This document shows, piece by piece, positions 59,753 to 64,000 of a DNA stretch of 64,000 nucleotides; within the stretch, counting starts at the first letter, position 1, and each line of letters opens with the position of its first letter. The DNA is taken from NCBI GenBank assembly GCA_048938855.1, contig JBHLLT010000013.1, positions 21,150 through 85,149 on the forward strand. The letters are read 5' to 3'. The notes beneath the pieces are model-generated. The model did not search any database, was not told where the DNA came from, and worked only from the letters and a program-made list of their open reading frames with translations. A program made the translations under genes and the position numbers. Source of the stretch: Promethearchaeota archaeon. GTDB taxonomy: Archaea; Asgardarchaeota; Lokiarchaeia; Sigyniarchaeales; SOKP01.

Positions 59753-61717
59753 ATGTATCAACCAGAACTAAAGAATTTAACAAGAGTGGAAGAGTTAGTT
59801 GAGGAGGCTAAGTTTAATGAAGCTCTTGAAATATTAAATGATCAAAGGCAATATGAGGGGCTTAATCTTCATCAAAAAAGTCATTTTCAGTTTCTTAAGG
59901 GATTATGTTTCTTTTATCTTACTAAAGCCGAAGATCTCATTAATTTAGGTGAGGAAATATATGAAGAAGGTCAAAAACATGATAATAAGCTCCAATCTTT
60001 TGATGGATTATTTTTTATTATTACAGGGTTAGCTATAGCTGGTAGATATGAGGAAGTGTTCAAACTTTTTGAAAAAGCTGATTCAGCATTAAAGTATATT
60101 TCGAATGTATCTAAAGAAATTTTAACTCAAAGAAAAGTTCGTTTAGGTACGGTAAAAGCATTTGCTGGATTGTATAGTGATAGAATTGATTTTTTTGAGA
60201 AGTCTATACAATGGATCTTAGACTCTCAAGACGATCTTGAAAACTCATTTGAAATTGTCTGGGTTAATCTTTTAATGGCGGATTACTTACTTCGAGTAAA
60301 GTCTAATTTTGATCTTTCTATGGAGCACATTAAAAAAGCACTATCTATCGCAAAGAAAATTCAATTTAATCATCACTGGATTGCTCTGTGTGATGCCCAT
60401 TTTGGCATAAACTATGGAGCTATTGGAGAGTTGGATAAAAGTTTACAACACTATATGAAGTGTTTAGAATTACTTAAAAAGAGTAATGAAAATTTTTACA
60501 TTGCGATTATATCAAATAATATTGGAAATCTATATGGTGAAAAAGGTGAGTATGATCTGGCCGTGAAATTTTTAGAAGAGAGTATAATTCTTTTAGAGCA
60601 GATTCCTCAAAGTTTTTTTAATCTTGAAACCCCTATTGATAGTCTGATAACATTAGCTTTTCAACATGAAGATTTTGAGCGTGCTCAAAAATATTACCAT
60701 TATTTGGAAAATATCTATAAAAAGAAAAAAGATGAAGATGATAGAATTGAATTTTTTTACAAATACAATAATGCCTTAATGTTAAAAAAGAGTCCTCGAA
60801 TCCGAGATAAAGCTAAAGCTGAAGAATTATTCAAAGAAATCCTAGAAACTAAAACTATGTTTTTTGATCTTGTTATCAATGCTCATATCCATCTTTGTGA
60901 TATACTTCTCACAGAATATCGTATGGATAATAATAGTGAAATTTTTGCCGAATTGAATCATTACATTGCTAAATTATTAACTATCGCGGAGAAACAACAT
61001 TCGTATCTTGTTTTTTGTGAAACGTTTATACTTCAGGCTAAATTAGCTTTATTAAATTTTGATATAAAATCGGCTCGACTGTTTTTGACTCAAGCACAGA
61101 AGATAGCAGAATCCTATAGCATGAAACGCTTAGCAATGAAAATTTCTTTTGAACATGATGAATTACTTAAAAGATTAACATTATGGGAGAAGTTAAAAGA
61201 GTCAGAAGCACTCTTTTCTGAACGTTGGAAACTTGCCAGATTGGATCAGCAAATAAAAAATATGGTAAAAAAACGAAAAGCCGATGTTCCAAAGCTTTCT
61301 GATGAAGAACCGGTTTTGTTATTAATAGCTTCGGAAGGCGGTATACCCTTTTTCTCTCAGTCTTTTACCCAAGATAAAACATTTGAAGATCACCTTTTTG
61401 GCGGGTTTTTTACTGCTATTAATACCTTTATTAACGAAATTTTTTCCGAAGGGCTTGATCGTGTTTCTTTCGGGGAATATACACTTCTAATGAACTCTAT
61501 TTCACCTTTTTTAATGTGTTATGTTTACAAGGGTCAATCATATTCTGCCCAAAACCGAATTAAGTCATTTATAAAAGAAATAGAGAGTAATAAAGAATTA
61601 TGGGATGACTTTAATAAATTTTATCATATGAATAGGAAAATTCATATGCGAGACATTCCTTCATTAGAATCTCTCATACAGGAGATCTTTATCCAAAAAA
61701 ACCTCTACAAACACTAG
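59753..61717 (+). CDS. TPR-repeat protein with C-terminal longin-like domain
   Basis: TPRs plus conserved C-terminal module. Confidence 0.85.
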   Translation: MYQPELKNLTRVEELVEEAKFNEALEILNDQRQYEGLNLHQKSHFQFLKGLCFFYLTKAEDLINLGEEIYEEGQKHDNKLQSFDGLFFIITGLAIAGRYEEVFKLFEKADSALKYISNVSKEILTQRKVRLGTVKAFAGLYSDRIDFFEKSIQWILDSQDDLENSFEIVWVNLLMADYLLRVKSNFDLSMEHIKKALSIAKKIQFNHHWIALCDAHFGINYGAIGELDKSLQHYMKCLELLKKSNENFYIAIISNNIGNLYGEKGEYDLAVKFLEESIILLEQIPQSFFNLETPIDSLITLAFQHEDFERAQKYYHYLENIYKKKKDEDDRIEFFYKYNNALMLKKSPRIRDKAKAEELFKEILETKTMFFDLVINAHIHLCDILLTEYRMDNNSEIFAELNHYIAKLLTIAEKQHSYLVFCETFILQAKLALLNFDIKSARLFLTQAQKIAESYSMKRLAMKISFEHDELLKRLTLWEKLKESEALFSERWKLARLDQQIKNMVKKRKADVPKLSDEEPVLLLIASEGGIPFFSQSFTQDKTFEDHLFGGFFTAINTFINEIFSEGLDRVSFGEYTLLMNSISPFLMCYVYKGQSYSAQNRIKSFIKEIESNKELWDDFNKFYHMNRKIHMRDIPSLESLIQEIFIQKNLYKH

Positions 61718-61777
61718 ATTTATAATGATAATTAGCTTACTTTTTTCATAAGCTTAGAGTCCAAATCAGATGGTTTT

Positions 61778-63724
61778 ATGTACCAACCAGAGCTAAAGAA
61801 ATTAACACGAGCGGAAGAGTTATTTGATGAGGGAAAGTTAAATGAAGCTCTTGAAATATTAAACGATCCAAGTCAATATGAGAGGCTTAATCTTCAGCAA
61901 AAAAGTCATTTTCAATTTCTTAAAGGCTTAATTCTGGCATACCAGAACAAACATGAAGAAGATATTAAGTTGGGTAAGGAAATATTTAAAGAAGGGCAAA
62001 AACTCGACAATAATCTCCTGATGTTTGATGGATACTATTTTATTATCATTGGTTTAGGTTTAGCTTCCAAATTTGAAGAAGCATTTAAAATAATCGAAAA
62101 GGCTGAAGCTTTATTGGGAAGTATGTCTAAAATATCCAAAAAGGAATTTATCTATAGAGAAGTTCGCTTAAGGATCTTAAAAGCTTGGATGAATTTGGGT
62201 AGTAATAAGGTAGAATTAGCGGAAAAGTATCTACTATTAGTTTTGGATTCAAAAAAAGAACCTCTTTATACATTTGATTATGTTTGGGCTAATTTATTGA
62301 TGGCACAAATCATGTTTCGGGTAAAAAGTAAATTTGATCTTGGTATGAACTACACTAATAAAGCATTATCATTAGCTAAAGATATAAAGTTCAATCATTT
62401 CTGGATTGCTAATTGTCACCTCCATTTAGGGGTGATATATGGATATATTGGAGAAACTGATATGTGCTTGAAACATTCAATGAAGAGTTTAGAACTATTT
62501 AGAGAAATCAAAAATATTTGGTTTGTAGCAAATTTGCTTAGTAACGTTGCCAGTACATATAAGGACTTAGGTGAATATGATCTTTCATTGAAATTTTTTG
62601 AGGAAAGTTTATTGCTTTGGGAGCAGGATCCTGTTCATATAGAAGACATTCTTCTTAATTTGATAGGAGTTGTTCTCGAAATGGGAGATATTGAACGTGT
62701 ACAAAAATATTTTCATCGCTTAGAAAATCTTTATAATAAAAAGCAACAAAATTCTCATACTGAAATAATTTATCAATTTGCTAAAGCAATAATTTTAAAA
62801 ACAAGTTCTCGAATTAGAGATAGAGCTAAAGCTGAAGAATTATTAAAAAGTTTAATCAAGAAAGAGACTTTATTTTTTGATCTTTCTATTGATGAATATA
62901 TCCATCTTTGTGACCTGCTCCTTTCGGAATTTCAATTCAATAATAATATTGAGGTTCTTGATGAATTAAATCACTATATAAATAAATTACTGACTATAGC
63001 TGAAAAATCACATTCATATATAGTTTTTTGTGAAACTTTCATTTTACAAGCTAAACTAGCTTTAATAAATTTTAATATAAAGGCAGCTCGACGCTTTTTA
63101 ACTCAAGCTCAGAAAGTAGCCGAAAAGTATGGAATTAAACGTTTAGCAATGAAAATTTCGTATGAACATGATGAATTACTCACACAATTAAAAATGTGGG
63201 AGAAGTTAAGAGATTCAGGAGCCTCTTTATTTGAACGCTGGAAACTTGCTGGTTTAAACAAACAAATGGAGAATATAGTAAAAAAGCAAAAAATCGATGT
63301 ACCTGAGCTGTCAGATGAAGAACCAGTTCTGCTTTTAATTGTTTCAGAAGGTGGTGTCCCATTCTTCTCTCTATCATTTATGGAGGATAAATCTTTTGAA
63401 GATCACCTGTTTGGTGGATTTTTTACTGCTATCAATTCTTTTATTAATGAAATATTCTCTGAAGGGCTTGATCGTGCTTCTTTTGGTAAATACACACTCC
63501 TTATGAACTCTATTCCGCCTTTTTTAATGTGCTACATATATAAAGGTCAATCTTATTCCGCTCAAAAACGGATAAAATCTTTTATTAATGAACTAAGGAG
63601 TAAAAAGGAATTGTGGAATGTATTTGAAAAATTTTATCAAATGAACAAGAAAATTCGTATGGAAGATATTCCTTCATTAAAGTCTCTTATAAATAAGAAT
63701 TTTCGTTCGATAGCAATTCATTAA
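61778..63724 (+). CDS. TPR-repeat protein with C-terminal longin-like domain
   Basis: TPRs plus conserved C-terminal module. Confidence 0.85.
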   Translation: MYQPELKKLTRAEELFDEGKLNEALEILNDPSQYERLNLQQKSHFQFLKGLILAYQNKHEEDIKLGKEIFKEGQKLDNNLLMFDGYYFIIIGLGLASKFEEAFKIIEKAEALLGSMSKISKKEFIYREVRLRILKAWMNLGSNKVELAEKYLLLVLDSKKEPLYTFDYVWANLLMAQIMFRVKSKFDLGMNYTNKALSLAKDIKFNHFWIANCHLHLGVIYGYIGETDMCLKHSMKSLELFREIKNIWFVANLLSNVASTYKDLGEYDLSLKFFEESLLLWEQDPVHIEDILLNLIGVVLEMGDIERVQKYFHRLENLYNKKQQNSHTEIIYQFAKAIILKTSSRIRDRAKAEELLKSLIKKETLFFDLSIDEYIHLCDLLLSEFQFNNNIEVLDELNHYINKLLTIAEKSHSYIVFCETFILQAKLALINFNIKAARRFLTQAQKVAEKYGIKRLAMKISYEHDELLTQLKMWEKLRDSGASLFERWKLAGLNKQMENIVKKQKIDVPELSDEEPVLLLIVSEGGVPFFSLSFMEDKSFEDHLFGGFFTAINSFINEIFSEGLDRASFGKYTLLMNSIPPFLMCYIYKGQSYSAQKRIKSFINELRSKKELWNVFEKFYQMNKKIRMEDIPSLKSLINKNFRSIAIH

Positions 63725-63790
63725 ACATTAGATTTAAAACAACAAGAATCTTAGTATATTCATAAGGTTATAATCCAAACATATGAGTAT

Positions 63791-64000
63791 ATGTCTCGTC
63801 CCGCGTTGAATCAATTAACAAGAGCAGAAGAACTTTTTGATAATGGTAACCTTGATGAAGCTCTTGAACTATTAAACGATCCAAGTCAATATGAGAGGTT
63901 TAATCTTCAGCAAAAAAGTTATCTTCAGTTTCTTAAGGGATTAATTCTCTGGTATCTTAATAAATGGGACGATCTCATTGGTTTTGGCGAGACAATTTAT
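63791..64000 (+). CDS. TPR-longin family paralog, partial (runs off the window)
   Basis: MSRPALNQLTRAEELFDNGNLDEALELLNDPSQYE..QFLKGL, closely matching the N-terminus of 61778. Confidence 0.85.
   Translation, partial: MSRPALNQLTRAEELFDNGNLDEALELLNDPSQYERFNLQQKSYLQFLKGLILWYLNKWDDLIGFGETIY

Noticed and set aside
579-63377. Many 60-133 aa ORFs overlapping larger genes (e.g. 579, 2079, 4358, 24955, 29508, 35394, 57509)
   Set aside because: Shadow ORFs of well-supported CDSs with no recognisable motifs.

Overview
AT-rich archaeal chromosomal segment whose gene content points to an Asgard archaeon of the Lokiarchaeia type (inference): roadblock-Rab GTPase fusion, longin proteins, expanded TPR-longin family, LRR protein, archaeal LeuRS, aIF-1A and Sm, multi-PAS kinases. 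It holds about 47 CDS, one intron-containing tRNA-Arg(CCT), and no CRISPR array, rRNA or recognisable transposase. The main result is a family III CoA-transferase gene (minus strand, 13927..12671) that looks frameshifted but is interrupted by two short insertions (35 and 31 nt). Each folds into a bulge-helix-bulge (BHB) motif, and cutting at the BHB positions restores the frame and the conserved motifs, so these are candidate tRNA-type introns in an mRNA. Other notable items: a Leu-rich leader peptide with mutually exclusive hairpins upstream of leuS (candidate attenuator); a mu-adaptin-like / BBS2-like beta-propeller / longin cluster; a UEV/E2-like-JAB fusion; and a four-promoter local regulon with a shared operator next to a tandem-wHTH-TPR regulator. 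All calls were made by eye from the sequence; no searches or folding programs were run.
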